Source: Chrysemys picta bellii (Eukaryota). From it: a stretch of DNA of 64,000 nt. Positions 51,449 through 64,000 of this stretch are shown in pieces. Every line of letters begins with the position of its first letter. Positions within the stretch are counted from its first letter, which is position 1. The position numbers were made by a program, and so were the translations under genes. The stretch is from assembly GCF_011386835.1 (NCBI RefSeq), contig NC_088795.1, forward strand, positions 72,974,001 through 73,038,000. Reading direction: 5' to 3'. The notes under the pieces were generated by a model, which was not told the DNA's origin, ran no database searches, and saw only the letters and a program-made list of their open reading frames with translations.

Positions 51449-52824
51449 TAAGATGAACACTGTAGGTGATGCTTAGATTTTGATCTCTTAGACTTGAGCT
51501 ACTCTCTGGCCATTTCCGAAGTTACAGAACGTATTATTTTAGTACATGTGGATGCATTTTGTTGTTTTGGGAGGAGTTTGGGATTTGAGTTAGATCTCTC
51601 ACCCCGAAGACCTTCCTGAGCCAAGCAGATATTTACTGTGCTATACCATTTTTGCCTGTGTGGTGCAAGTTGGTCTTAACAGATCAGAGAACATGGCCTA
51701 ACTCAAATCCCACCTCTGCCCACTGTTCCCACCTATAGGTCACACACCCATTATGTATCTATACATAGCACAAATCACCCCTACATACATATGTTCCTCT
51801 CAAAATGGTCCCCAAGTCCTCCAACAGCTCTGCAACAAAGTTTCTCCCTTCCCGTTAAGCCCCCAATGCCTCCCAATTTACTGACCCAATGTTCTAATCT
51901 CCTCTTCAAACATCCTTGTTCCCTACACACATCCCTATAGCCCTGTCATTCAACATGCCTGCTTGTTCCCTACATCAACCAGCAACCTCCACTCTGTCTT
52001 TAGAGCTGAACGGCCAGAGACTGATGGCTGCTGTCTGGGCGAGGCGGAGGCAGGGCGTAAACTACTACAGACACAAAGAAGAGGGGAACGATCAAATACA
52101 TTTTTGAGAACTACTGATATATACTTATAATACCTCCCCCTCTTCCTCCCCCCCAAAACAAAGTGCAAACAGAACAAAAAACATTGTTAATTTGGTGATA
52201 AGGTTGCTCAAGTGCAAACTCCACTTCATAGAATCATGTAATCTCTAAAAATCTAGGAAATCCTCACTTTATAAAATGCATCATCTCTCCCTGTCATTCT
52301 TTCATTTTTCAGTGTCATTTTTTGTTGCATTAGAACTGTGTTAGTGTGGAGGAGGAACAGAATAACAGGATATAATGAATTTTAAGATGTGCCTGTGTAA
52401 TTGGAGTATCTACATAGAAAAGTATCTAGAGGGTTTTTTGTGTGTGTGTGTTTAGGAAATGTGCTTTAAAGTGGAATGGTTTTTGGGCTGATGGAGGCAG
52501 TTGGGATGAGAATGAAGGTTGCACATTTCTTCAGAGTGTGATGGAGGTGGTACATGCATTGTGGGTGAATACAAGGAGAGATTTTATTACTGTTATTATT
52601 GTGGAATGGGGGAAAGAGGAATTTCACAAATCTAGATTTTTAGAGGTGACTTTGGTAGAATTTGAACTTGAGAAACCTTACCTCCAAGTTAACAATAATG
52701 TATTTGTTTGTTTGTTTTGTAGGAAGCTATATATGAATGCACTCCAAACTTTTTAAGGACTCTGTAAGTCAGTACTTCTTTGTCTCCATCTGTGAGCAGA
52801 AGCTATCACTTTAGGGCCTGACCT

Positions 52825-54655
52825 TGCAATTCCTAGCAAGAGATGTTAAGAGTAACAAGAAGGGTTTCTTTAGGCATGTTAACAAGAAGAAAGTCAAGGA
52901 AGGTGTAGGCCCCTTACTGAATGAGGGAGGCAATCTAGTGACAGAGGATGTGGAAAAAGCTAATGTACTCAATGCTTTTTTTGCCTCTGTCTTCACAAAC
53001 AAAGTCAGCTCCCAGACTACTGCACTGGGCAGCACAGCATGGGGAGGAGGTGACCAGCCCCCTTGGAGAAAGAAGTGGTTCAGGACTATTTAGAAAAGCT
53101 GGATGAGCACAAGTCCATGGGGCCGGATGCACTGCATCCAAGGGTGCTAAAGGAGTTGGTAGATGTGATTGCAGAGCCATTGGCCATTATCTTTGAAAAC
53201 TCATAGTGATCGGGGGAGTTCCCAGATGACTGGAAAAAGGCTAATGTAGTGCCCATCTTTAAACAAGAGAAGAAGGAGGATCCGGGGAACTACAGGCCAG
53301 TCAGCCTCATCTCAGTCCCTGGAAAAATCATGGAGTAGCTCCTCAAGGAATTAATTCTGAAGCACTTAGAGGAGAGGAAAGTGATCAGGAACAGTCAGCA
53401 TGGATTCACCAAGGGCAAGTCATGCCTGACTAACCTAATTGCCTTCTATGATGAGATAACTGGCTCTGTGGATGAGGGGAAAGCAGTGGATGTGTAATTC
53501 CTTGACTTTAGCAAAGCATTTGATACAGTCTCCCACAGTATTCTTGCCAGCAAGTTAAAGAATATGGGCTGGATGAATGGACTATACGGTGGATAGAAAG
53601 CTGGCTAGATCGTCGGGCTCAATGGGTAGTGATCAATGGCTCCATGTCTAGTTGGCAGCCAGTATCAAGCGGAGTGCCCCAAAGGTTGGTCCTGGGGCCG
53701 GTTTTGTTCAATATCTTCATTAATGATCTGGAGGATGGCATGGATTGCACCCTCAGCATGTTTGCAGATGACACCAAACTGGGAGGAGGGTTGATACGCT
53801 GGAGAGTAGGGATAGGATACAGAGGGACCTAGACAAATTAGAGGATTGGGCCAAAAGAAACCTGATGAGGTTCAACAAGGACAAGTGCAGAGTCCTGCAC
53901 TTAGGACGGAAGAATCCCATGCACTGCTACAGACTAGGGACCGAATGGCTAGGCAGCAGTTCTGTAGAAAAGGACCTAGGGGTTACAGTGGACGAGAAGC
54001 TGGATATGAGCCAACAGTGTGCCCTTGTTGCCAAGAAGTCTACCGGCATTTTGGGCTTTATAAGTAGGGGCATTGCCAACAGATGGAGGGGCGTGATCAT
54101 TCCCCTCTATTTGACATTGGTGAGGCCTCATCTGGAGTACTGTGTCCAGTTTTGGGCCCCACACTACAAGAAGGATGCAGAAAAATTAGAAAGAGTCCAG
54201 CGGAGGGCAATAAAAATGATTAGGGGGCTGGAGCACATGACTTATGAGGAGAGGCTGAGGGAACAGGGATTGTTTAGTCTGCAGAAGAGAAGAATGAGGT
54301 GGGATTTGCTAGCTGCTTTCAACTACCTGAAAGAGGGTTCCAAAGAAGATGGATCTAGACTGTTCTCAGTGGTACCAGATAACAGAACTAGGAGTAATGG
54401 TCTCAAGTTGCAGTGGGGGGTTGGGGGTTAGGTTGGATATTAGGAAAAACTTTTTCACAAGGAGGGTGGTGAAGCACTGGAATGGGTTACCTAGGGAGGT
54501 GGTGGGATCTCCTTCCTTAGAGGTTTTTAAGATCAGGCTTGACAAAGCCCTGGCTGGGATGATTTAGTTGGGAATTGGTCCTGCTTTGAGCAGGGTGTTG
54601 GATTAGATGACCTCCTGAGGTCCCTTCCAACCCTGATATTCTATGATTCTATGAT
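52825..54655 (+). mobile_element. Young 5'-truncated CR1 (PsCR1-like), RT region to tail
   Basis: [12 protein letters not shown]; KSMGPDALHPRVLKEL; [11 protein letters not shown]; SQHGFTKGKSCLTNL; LDFSKAFDT; SGVPQ; FADDTKLG; LEYCVQFW. Tail of (ATTCTATG)2. Several stops and frameshifts. Confidence 0.95.
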
Positions 54656-54992
54656 TAATCAGGTTAAACTCCGATTATACTCAAGATCAGGCTTATAATC
54701 AGAGTCTGATTGTAACCGGGGTCCATAAGAGAATAAAATGCTTCCCAGACATCATTACATAGAGTCTAACCCTTGAAAAAATGGTTCCTGCCATCCTCCT
54801 CCTCCTGCTCACTGCCACCCCACAGTAATTGACTGACCCATCAACTGCCACTTTTCTATTGCTGCATTCTCTGCAGCTCTCTCTTGACTCTTTTGAAAAT
54901 GTTCATTGAGACCAATGCACTTGAATCTTATTTTTTCCATTCAACCTTGCTTTTTATTAGTTTAAACAGACAGCTTGTGGTATTCTCCCAGA

Positions 54993-54996
<4 letters not shown>

Positions 54997-55027
<31 letters not shown>
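54997..55027. repeat. (AT)15 microsatellite
   Basis: Read directly from the sequence. Confidence 0.95.
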
Positions 55028-55029
<2 letters not shown>

Positions 55030-57668
55030 ATAGAAGTATATTAAACAATTGCTGTAGCCTAGAGCACTCATTACATTTGAAATACAGTAAACATTTATTA
55101 TATGAGAAATAGCAGACTGCACACCACTGGCTAAACAACAAATGTGTCAAAATGATGCATTAGTTGAATTTTCCTCAGCTTTTTTTCTGCCCCTTTTTAC
55201 CTGAGAATAAGAAAACTGTGGTTAGAGAAATATTAGAGATGGAGACTGAGTTGCGGAGTAAATGATATCAAAAGCAAGCTACCAATCTGATAAGAGTGAA
55301 TTGTTAGAAATCATTTTCTCATGTATTGTTTTTTTGTTTGTTTGTTTTTTATTTTTAATCCAATACCATTATCAACAGATAAGAAAACAGATTGATATGA
55401 ACAGTTGAAGTACAAAATAGCAAGTGGAAGTTCGTATTGTAGGAAATTTCAGAAGTGGATTTTCACGTACTTTCAAACCTCTTGATGAAGAGAATTATGC
55501 CCAATATATTTTTCTGTCTGATCATTAAATATTTTATACAACACAAAATTAAAATAATACATGTCAGATGTTATTCACTGCATTAAATTCAGTGATATAA
55601 TAAAGAGCTTATTAACACTACTGCCACTAGAAAATCAGGATAAACAGGGCTGGATTAAAGCATAGACCCTATCCCATCATAGCTCTGCTGATGAAGGGTC
55701 TGAATAAAAAGTGAGGGAAACCAGAACTGAGGCTAGAACATGTCTCTCTGTGGATATTACTTTCTTTCCTGACTGAATGTGTTAGATCAACTTCCTTACT
55801 GAAGCTCAAATGCCTAGATGTAGTGGGAAACTTATGTTTGTAATAAATATCATTCTCTCTTTAGTAACACTTTATAACTGGCTTAGGATGGTGTCAAGGC
55901 TGTTTACATGGTAACTTGATTGTATAATGTGGTTGATAAGATTTAGTTAAAAGTAAAATTTGTGACGAAAAATGGCAGGATATATTTATTGGTGCAGACA
56001 TGGAAACAAAGAGACACAGACACCATAATGTGGTTAAATGAGGAGGCTGCAATTTTATTTTAAACCATTAGTTTGCCTTGGGGTAAGCATCCCAAATTAC
56101 CCAGCAGGATTGTTCCAATTTGTATCTCAACTGGTACCAATGGCCCTGGTGAACTATAAACCTCTTGGTAAGTGGGAAGCCCAGGCCCCCTTTACACCCT
56201 GAGGCTTGCCAAGTGACCTTGATTGAAAGCCAGAGTCTCAAATCTCTCCCTCCTCCATACCAGAGGTAAGAGCAATAAGATGAGGGAAGCCACAAGCTGC
56301 ATGAGTCATACAGGCATATCCCCACACCAGGCATTGCAGTGCCCAGGACAAATGCCCAGGAAGCCCACTGGGTTATAGGGACCTCAGTTGGGCCCTTTCT
56401 AGCCCACCAAGTATACTAGAATCAGCCAAATCTGCAATACTTGTAATTTAACCCCCAAACTCGGGTCTCCTGGATGCTGGGTGGAAGGTGGAAAAAACCC
56501 ACATAGCAATTTGCCAACTTTACCATGTGGGAAAATCCTTTCAAACCCCCCAAACTGGCTATCAGCCTAGTTCCCTCCATCACCAGAGAGCCCAAAACCA
56601 CATTAAGGGTGGGATGGGTGCGGCTGCCTTGGCAACAAACTATAGCAACCCCCTTTATGCTTCCCCACCCCCAAATGGGGGCCTATCACCTGACCCCCAT
56701 ACCACCCCCATCCCAATGGCCGCAGCAGTTGTTGGGACAAGCTCCAGAGCGTTGGCCCACATGCAGCATGTGACACTCCCCACCCCATGCTCCACAGCAT
56801 AGGTAAGGAAAGGGGCAAAGGAGAAGAAAGCAGTCCCACGTGTCAAGAGCAAAGTGGGGGAGGGGCAAAGGAAATTAGGGGGCTGCATGAAACACCATCT
56901 CTGCTGCTTCCTCTTAAATTCTCTCCCCTCAGCCCTGGAAGGTGTCTCCTCTGCTCCTGTACCCAACAAAGCTGCACCTCAGCTAGTGTGGTGAGCACTG
57001 CTTTACAGTACAGCCATTCCAACAGTCCAGACACTGTTTTCCAAGAAAAATAAGGCAAAAATCAATTTCTGGAATCTTGGGAACAACATTTAGAAAACTG
57101 GCATTAAACATGGTCTCCTAGACACTGTTCAGCTGGGCTATGTCTGTGCTGCCTACCAAAACTTGCCCTATAATTTTATTTTTTTCACTTTTTCTGAGCT
57201 TGTGTTGTCATGTGCTTTTCAACAGTTCCATTCTGCAAGTAGCAATATTTTAGTGGTAGGTGAAGAGATTTCTATTTACTTTGTAGCGGGTTCACACAGG
57301 CATGGTTAGAAGTTTGTCTGAAAGTTGCTATCCAACTTAGTTAAATGGCAGCATTCCCCGTGTAAGAGGATGTGGGTGTAAAGTGAAAGGTGGTTCTTCA
57401 TTCTGCCTTAGCAGCTGGTCTAAAACTCCCTCGTTTGGATCTATTACCTCAGTAAGAATAATTGAAGGATGTTTGCCACCATCTCTGAAAATCACGCAGG
57501 TCTTCCTGTTGACCTGCTAGAAAGGATTTATTTTTAACTGAGAAAACTATCCTTCCCCAAACTTCTCTGTCCGCATTCCCTCATTATTTCAAACCCAAAT
57601 TTTAAGAGGGAGTACTTTTTCTTGGATACTCATTCAAAATCTGTGCTCCAGAAAGTGAAATACAATAA

Positions 57669-57940
57669 GGGTATGTCCACACATTGTCTGGGAGGGTGCT
57701 TCCCAGCATAGGTTGACAGATGTGCTAGATGTGCTAAAAATAGCAGTGTGGCAATGGTGGAACAGGCAGCAGCTCGGTCCCACCCAATCCCCTGCATATG
57801 TACTTGGGCAGCTAGCTCATGGCTGCCACCTATGCCACATGGCCACACTGCTATTTTTAGCACGCTAACTCAAGCAGAGCTAGCACATGTCTGTCTGCCT
57901 ACCCTGAGAAGCACCCTCCAACTGCTGTGTAGATATACCT
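57669..57940. mobile_element. Fold-back PIF/Harbinger-type MITE
   Basis: TAA at 57666-57668 and 57941-57943. TIRs GGGTATGTCCACAC / GTGTAGATATACCT. Long internal inverted arms, e.g. GCTAAAAATAGCAGTGTGG / CCACACTGCTATTTTTAGC. Confidence 0.85.
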
Positions 57941-59010
57941 TAAGTTCAGTGCAGCTGGCTAGTTTCATTGTCCAAGCTGAGTGAAGAGCAAAAAGTAAAC
58001 AAACTGCATTCAGGGTGCAAAATATATTTTATTTTTATAAAGCTTATTGTTATAATAACTAAGCTAAGGTGATATTAAAAAACATGGGTGAAGGAGGAGA
58101 GGGGAGGGGACAGGCTGAGAGCTGGAGCCCTGCCACCTGGGGGAAGAGAGGAGGATGTGAGAGTCGGAGCCCCGGGGCTGAAGTGTCAACTTCCCATGTT
58201 CCTTTGTGTGCGCTGGTGGTTTGGTTAATACAGGAAGCCGGATAATGGAGGCTCAGATAAACAGGGTTCTACCATATTTCAGTTTTCAGCAGAACTATTT
58301 TGGGTTTCAATTTTTCATAAAGAAGTCAAAATTTTCCATGGAAAATATCCCATTTTCCAACCAGCTCTATGCACAGGTTTTTTTATCTCATTGTCATCCC
58401 TTTTCGTTCATTTCAGTGGCATGATGTCCATGGGAATTGTGAGGTCCTTGCAACCTCTTGCTGATGAATTTGGTACATTGTAAATTTTGTGCCTCATCTA
58501 CCTTTCTCTCCCTTTTGTTTAAGGGCCAGACTGTAATATACTTACTCACATTAAATAATAGCGTGCATCACACATTGTCCCACTGAAGTCAAGCAATCAA
58601 CTTGTGGAATAAAGTACCACTCAGTATGATCACAATCTAGACCAAAGTTGTTATTTTACTTACTCCTCAGGGCTCAGGATCAATCACTTTTAAAAATGTA
58701 CTTGATTACTTTTGAAAAAATGAGTACAAGAAAAAAGGATTATAGGAAAGACATTTGTACACAAAGAAAACTGAAGATATATAAAATCTGTGCTTGCATA
58801 TATGTTAATTTTATGTATACTTATTTGTAATATGGTAGTACTCAGAAGCTCCAGTCGGACTGAGGCTCCATTGTGCAGGGGGCTGTTCAAACACATTATA
58901 AGAGACAGTTGCTGTCCCAAAGAGCTAGCGTTATAAGGTTTTCAAAGCACTTTAGCTAAGCCTCTTATAACACACTGTGTTTTTAAGTATCATGAGCCTT
59001 ATGTTATAAA

Positions 59011-60144
59011 TAGGGTTACCATATTTCCACAAACAAAAAAGAGGACACTGGAGGGGGGAGCCCTGCTCTAGCCCCGCCCCTGCCCTGCCCCCATCCACTC
59101 CCTCCCACTTCCCACCTCCTGATTGCCCCCCTCAGAACCTCCAACCCCCCCGTTCCTTGTCCCCTGACTGCCCCCTCCTGAGAACCCCCCACCCTCACTG
59201 CCCCCCTATGACCCTACCTGTCCCCTGACTGCCCCGACCCTTATCCACACCCCCACCCCCAGACAGACCCCTGGGGACTCCCATGTCCTATCCAACTGCT
59301 CCCCGCCCCCTGACAGGACCCCCAGAATTCCCGACCCATCCAACCCCCTCTGCTACCTGCCTGCCTCGACCCCTCTCCACACCCCTACCCCCTGACAGCC
59401 CCCCCAGAATCCCAGACCCATCTAACCCTCCCCCGCTCCCTGTCCCTGACTGTCCCAACCCCTCTCCACATCCCTGCCCCCCCCGACAGCCCCGCCCAAC
59501 TCCCGACCCATCCAACCCCCCCTCCCTGTCCCCTGACCAGGGCCAGCTTTAAAGAGCCCAGGAATCGGGCTGCGTTCTGGCCGGAGCCGCTCGGCCGGCG
59601 CTGCTGGGGGGTGGGCCTGGGGTGCTCGGCCGGTGCCGGGCTGGCATGCTCGGCCGGAACCGGGGCCGCCGCGCTGGGGCCCGAGCTGGGCTGGAGCCGC
59701 TGGGGCCGCTGCTCGGCCTGGGCCCGAGGGAGCCGCTCGGCCAGGGCCACGCCTCCCCGGAGCTCTCCTCCTCGCGCCCCCCCCCCACCCCAGCTTACCT
59801 GCTGCTGCCTCCCACCTGCCCCTGCTGCTTTTCAGACTTCCCGCGAAGATCTGATTCACGGGAAGCAGGGGAGGGGAGGAGCAGGTGGGTGGAGCGTTCA
59901 GGGGAGTGGAGGAGGGGGAAGACTGCTGCGGGGGCCGGACAGCGAAGTAAGGCTGCAGGGGATGGGGGGAGCCGGGAAGGGGCTTTGGGTGCCCAGCGGC
60001 GCTTGACCGCCGTTTTTCTATCTATAAATAGCCGACCAGGGGGAAATCCCGGACATTTTTAGATTTTTAAAAATCCCCCAGATGGCTATTTATAGACCGA
60101 AAAGCCGGACATGTCCGGAGAAATCCGGACATATGGTAGCCCTA
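59011..60144. mobile_element. Non-autonomous hAT DNA transposon (Blackjack-like), copy C; same family and orientation as 10820-12030
   Basis: TIRs TAGGGTTACCATA / TATGGTAGCCCTA. 8-bp TSD GTTATAAA / TTTATAAA (7/8). Colinear similarity to copy A along its length. Confidence 0.9.
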
Positions 60145-62566
60145 TTTATAAAGGATAAACCAGTTGTCCTGGGTCACACAGAGTCAGTGCCAGACTTGGG
60201 ACTAGATGGGACTACTAGACTTCCACTCTAGCATGGTAACACTAGGATAATTATACTAAAAATTTCAATTGCACTATATTCCAGCATCATCTAATCTTTC
60301 TGACAGGTGTATAGTGGAAAAGAACAAAAAGCAGAAAGCAGTAGGATGAGGAGAGTAATCTGTCTTTAACATCTTTGTTGCTGGAAGAGATGGGTATGAT
60401 GCTTGCCTGTGGTTGTTACAGAATCTGTTCTCCATTGGCTGGAAACTCAGATAAAATTTTATTTTATATATTAACATAGTGCACACAGCTGTCAATTTTT
60501 AGACTTTTGCTGAGCCTCTCTTGAGCCTCTTGTTTCCCTGCCAGGGTTCCATATTACTGTCTGCTTAGCAAATCCTTGGAAAACAATTCAGAGCAGCGAT
60601 GAATTGCTTCTTCCAATTCTGCAGGCACTCTGAGATGGAGCTTTCAGGGGGCTGCTACTTTTGACTCTGCTTTTGTAATATTTCTTTTTGGATCAACTAT
60701 AATTTAGAAAGGAGTTTTTGTTTTGTTGTTTTTCCCTAACCCCAAGCAGACTAAGTTTTTCAGGCATCAAGGCTTTTAAGCTTCTGCTTGCTCACCTATT
60801 ACATTCTCTATTTGCAACTGTGATGCTACCCTGTCAAACATGCATATTTATTTAGTACATGAATGACTATGTAATATATGATAATGTTTTGAGATTGGCT
60901 CACCACTTTAAAAAAAGACTAGTTGAATGAAGAAAATAAAGTAGGAATTTGCAGATGTCACCATCCTATTTTGATTACAGTGGGAGTGCAGTTGAATAAG
61001 AAAAGCCATTGGACTGAATATTGCAAGGCTAACGAAATGAATAAGAAAATATTTTCTTGATCTGGTTTTAACAGTTATATATACAATTTGGATGAGCTAG
61101 GGGAAGGGGACTAGCATATGTGCTGCCACCTCCTTCAGAGCAGAAGGTCTGCCTGAACCTTTTGAGCTTGAAGACTGATTGAGGAAAAGGGGTCAAGCTG
61201 TCTGAGGTCACATAGCTGGCCTAATTTACTACTCCAACTCCAAGGAAGAGAACTGGAGACTCCTGTGGTAAGGAGAGAGACTGCTGGAAGGACAAGTCAG
61301 CTCAAAGAATGCAAGCTGGGGACTCCTGTCTTAAGACAGAGTGACTGCTTGAGGTAGCACCCAGCCATAGGAGGAGGGCTGAGGCCTCCTGAGCAGGGGC
61401 AAGAAAACCTTCCAGGAGTCTTATATGGACCATGTGCATGAACATGAGCAACTAAAGAAGCAAGTTACATGCTGTAGAAACAGATGATAAACCAAACCCC
61501 ATGAAGGGGGTATTTGCTTTGAATTAATTTGCGCTAGGTAATGGAAAGAACTGGAATGGATGCTGAGGGCAATGTGCCTGAAGGACTATGAGGGGGACAC
61601 AAGGGACTGTGCTCATGGGCAGCATCGAATTACATAACCCCATCACATTTTGAAGGAGAGGATCAAACCTGCCTCCATGGTTTGGGTTGTGTCTCAGATC
61701 TAGAATGAGAAGTGGCCCTTTAAAGGCAACTAATGACTTCTGTAGCCCAATGATCTGCCACAGGGTAAGAATCATAGTATAGTGATCAGGTAACTAACCT
61801 ATTGCAAAAATTTCAGAAGGGGGGGTTGTACAATTGTGAAATTAAATCATGTAAGTATTGAAAGGTCTAAATCCACATGAGGCTTGTTTAAATTGCATAG
61901 TTAATTTAATTAATGTATTACTTTGGATTCATTGATTATACAAAAATATAATTGAATTAATTAATGCAAATGAGACTGCCAAGATCTCATGTCTATCCCC
62001 ATTTATTTGACCCATAAAAAGTAAACAAAATAATGAAACTGTCGACCAAGTCCAGTCACCTTAGGTAAATGTGTTGCTTTAGCCTCTGAGAAGAACAAAT
62101 CCTCCTAGTGGAAGAACATCATCTTCAGAATCCAGAGACTAATATGCTTGATTTACTTACTACATTGCATGGTGTAGAAGTTTAGGTACCTATAATATTT
62201 GTCAGTACTGTTGTAAATAACCCCCTTTTATGGCCTTGCCAACTTTTTTCAGTTAGAATGCAGGTTGGGATTTATGTTCTGTTTCTACTTCCTGGACAAC
62301 TTGGGCATCTGAGCTATTTGCTTGACCAGAAAATTTAGGTGGCTGTGGAATAGAAAGGACAGCTCATTTCTCCATCCCAAATTATATTCTTATATTCTGT
62401 TATAGATTTTAAAGTATTGTTAAGGTGAGAGCCAAGTGGAATCACTGAATCTAATATTACAGATTAAAAATATGCATACATATATAGTACATATGAAATG
62501 TCGCTCTACATATAAGGTCATTTGAGGTCTGTTTTAATAATTTTAATGGACTATATGAGATAAGGG

Positions 62567-63346
62567 TGTTAATATAACCCGGTCACTGTCCAACATTAAA
62601 TAGTGTTAAACAAGTTCCCGGATTTGGTATACAGAGACCTTAGCCTACTTAGTACCTTGGCTAACACACCATTAAAAATCCTTTTAACCTTTTATTAAAG
62701 GTACAGAATAGAAAGGAAAACAGGGAAAGCATTTGAAATGTAAAGTATTAAGTCAGTCTTTTATTTTAACACCATATTTTGGACTTTCCTTTTGCTGGAG
62801 AGTTTTAGAAGAAAAAGCCACTTGTTTGACCATCTTTTAAATGGTATTAAAGATGGTAATAGCTGCCCTTTGGGGTATTTTTTTAAGTGAGTTGTTATGA
62901 GCTGCAGCTATTGTTGCTGGTACTGTTTAAGTCCAAAACCTCAGGATTAGCACAAAGAGAGGCTGAGTCCCAGGAGATGGTATGTCAGCCATGATCATCA
63001 AAGCTTTATCTGTACTTCCAATTTTCTTCTGCCTGTTCTTTAAGAACCCATAAAGGGAGTAATGTATGGAATAGCCCATCCCCTCATTATTTTGTGCACC
63101 AGTTATTCAACACACCAATTTTGGCTCATAAATTTCCAGCTCCACATTTTCTGATTTTACCAAACTTGATTTCAACATGGTCCTTGAATCATATGGCCTT
63201 TCTTGTTTGCCCTAATTTAGTCTCTCTGTCTGGTTCTCTGGCACCTGTTTATAAAGTTCATTATTAAAAACAACTTGACCTACTTTCCATCAACATTTCT
63301 TATAGGTTATTGTAACAAACATCTTATGAACGTTCATATTTTTACA
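62567..63346. mobile_element. Possible decayed LTR
   Basis: TG...TTACA boundaries and an overall resemblance in style to the LTR at 2483-3637 (TTTTATTAAAG, AGTTCCCGGATTTGGTATAC). No TSD found. Confidence 0.35.
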
Positions 63347-63829
63347 GTTAATTTTACCATTAGTGTAAATTTGTAAGACCAACTGTGAGACAACAGTTGG
63401 CAATACTGTCTTTTGGATGTTTTCTACAGTAGATTACACACACTAACCTTAACTTCCATGCACCAGTTGTAAGACCAGTTATCAGAACCATCCTTATCCA
63501 CAGATCTTGAGTCAGAGATCAGGTACTCAGATCTTGAGCAAGTCTTTGAGCTTTTATTGGCTTGAGTGCTGATTATCCTGGACTTAGTGGGCAGAAAATC
63601 TCTAATTAAAACTTGCAGTACTAACAATTAACAATTAAGTATCATTCTCGTTGAAATAGTCACACAACAATGTGGTGAATATGTGAAAAGGAAGGAAATG
63701 CATAATACATATTAAGAGCTTAATCTTTAGTAATTATTCTTTATTTGTTGTTCTTCAAGCAGTTCCCAAAGCCCCGAGTCAGAATGTGTTGTTCCTATAT
63801 TAATCTCTCTAAATGCTCATTTAAAATCT

Positions 63830-63960
63830 AACAGATTACAGCCAGAAGGAACCATTATATCATCTAATCTGACCTCCTGTGTATCATAGGTTATTACATT
63901 TCATCCATATATCCCTATACGGAGCCCAATGACTTTAAGTAGACCAAAGTATTTCAGTCC
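63830..63960 (-). mobile_element. CR1 3'-end remnant on the minus strand
   Basis: AGAAGGAACCATT...ATCATCTAATCTGACCTCCTG is the reverse complement of a CR1 tail (CAGA.TAGATGA....GGT.CCTTC). Confidence 0.45.
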
Positions 63961-64000
63961 TTGGGACAATAAATTAAACTTTCTATTGTTTATAGAGCAT

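Noticed and set aside
55645-55660. CAGGGCTGGATTAA as the missing right end of the hAT element at 18281
   Set aside because: It has the same orientation as the left terminus rather than inverted, lies 35 kb away, and has no matching TSD.
55688-55730. CTGATGA...GAAA as another hammerhead
   Set aside because: No stem II or stem I pairing can be drawn. The same applies to the CTGATGA hits near 7514 and 8235.
55961-57010. Possible LTR beginning TGTGAC, and a similar GC-richer block at about 61119-61762
   Set aside because: No matching terminal IR or TSD could be found, so the boundaries are unsupported.
1-64000. CRISPR arrays, rRNA genes, operons or endogenous non-retroviral virus ORFs
   Set aside because: No regularly spaced repeat-spacer units, rRNA signatures or long unexplained ORFs were seen. 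The DNA is vertebrate and repeat-dominated.

Overview
Vertebrate non-coding DNA, most likely turtle (inference from the PsCR1-type CR1 LINEs, the tortoise-type tRNA-derived SINE and the MITE complement). It is AT-rich, has one 132-N assembly gap, and contains no host protein-coding gene that I can recognise. Almost all interpretable signal is transposable-element derived. Retroelements: several CR1 LINEs of different ages, RTE and probable L2 remnants, two Penelope-like elements, a decayed DIRS (tyrosine-recombinase) element, a Gypsy gag-protease fragment and solo LTRs. DNA transposons: a fossil hAT (Tip100-like) transposase and many non-autonomous hAT and Harbinger elements with readable TIRs and TSDs. 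The most notable structures are (1) a 213-bp Penelope-derived insertion with a 12-bp TSD, forming a perfect 78-bp hairpin that overlaps a minimal hammerhead-ribozyme-like motif; (2) a young CR1 inserted into an older CR1 with its 5' truncation at the same RT motif where the host was cut; and (3) a roughly 940-bp near-identical local duplicate of a decayed CR1 segment fused to a SINE head. Family names come from motif recognition only; no database search was run.
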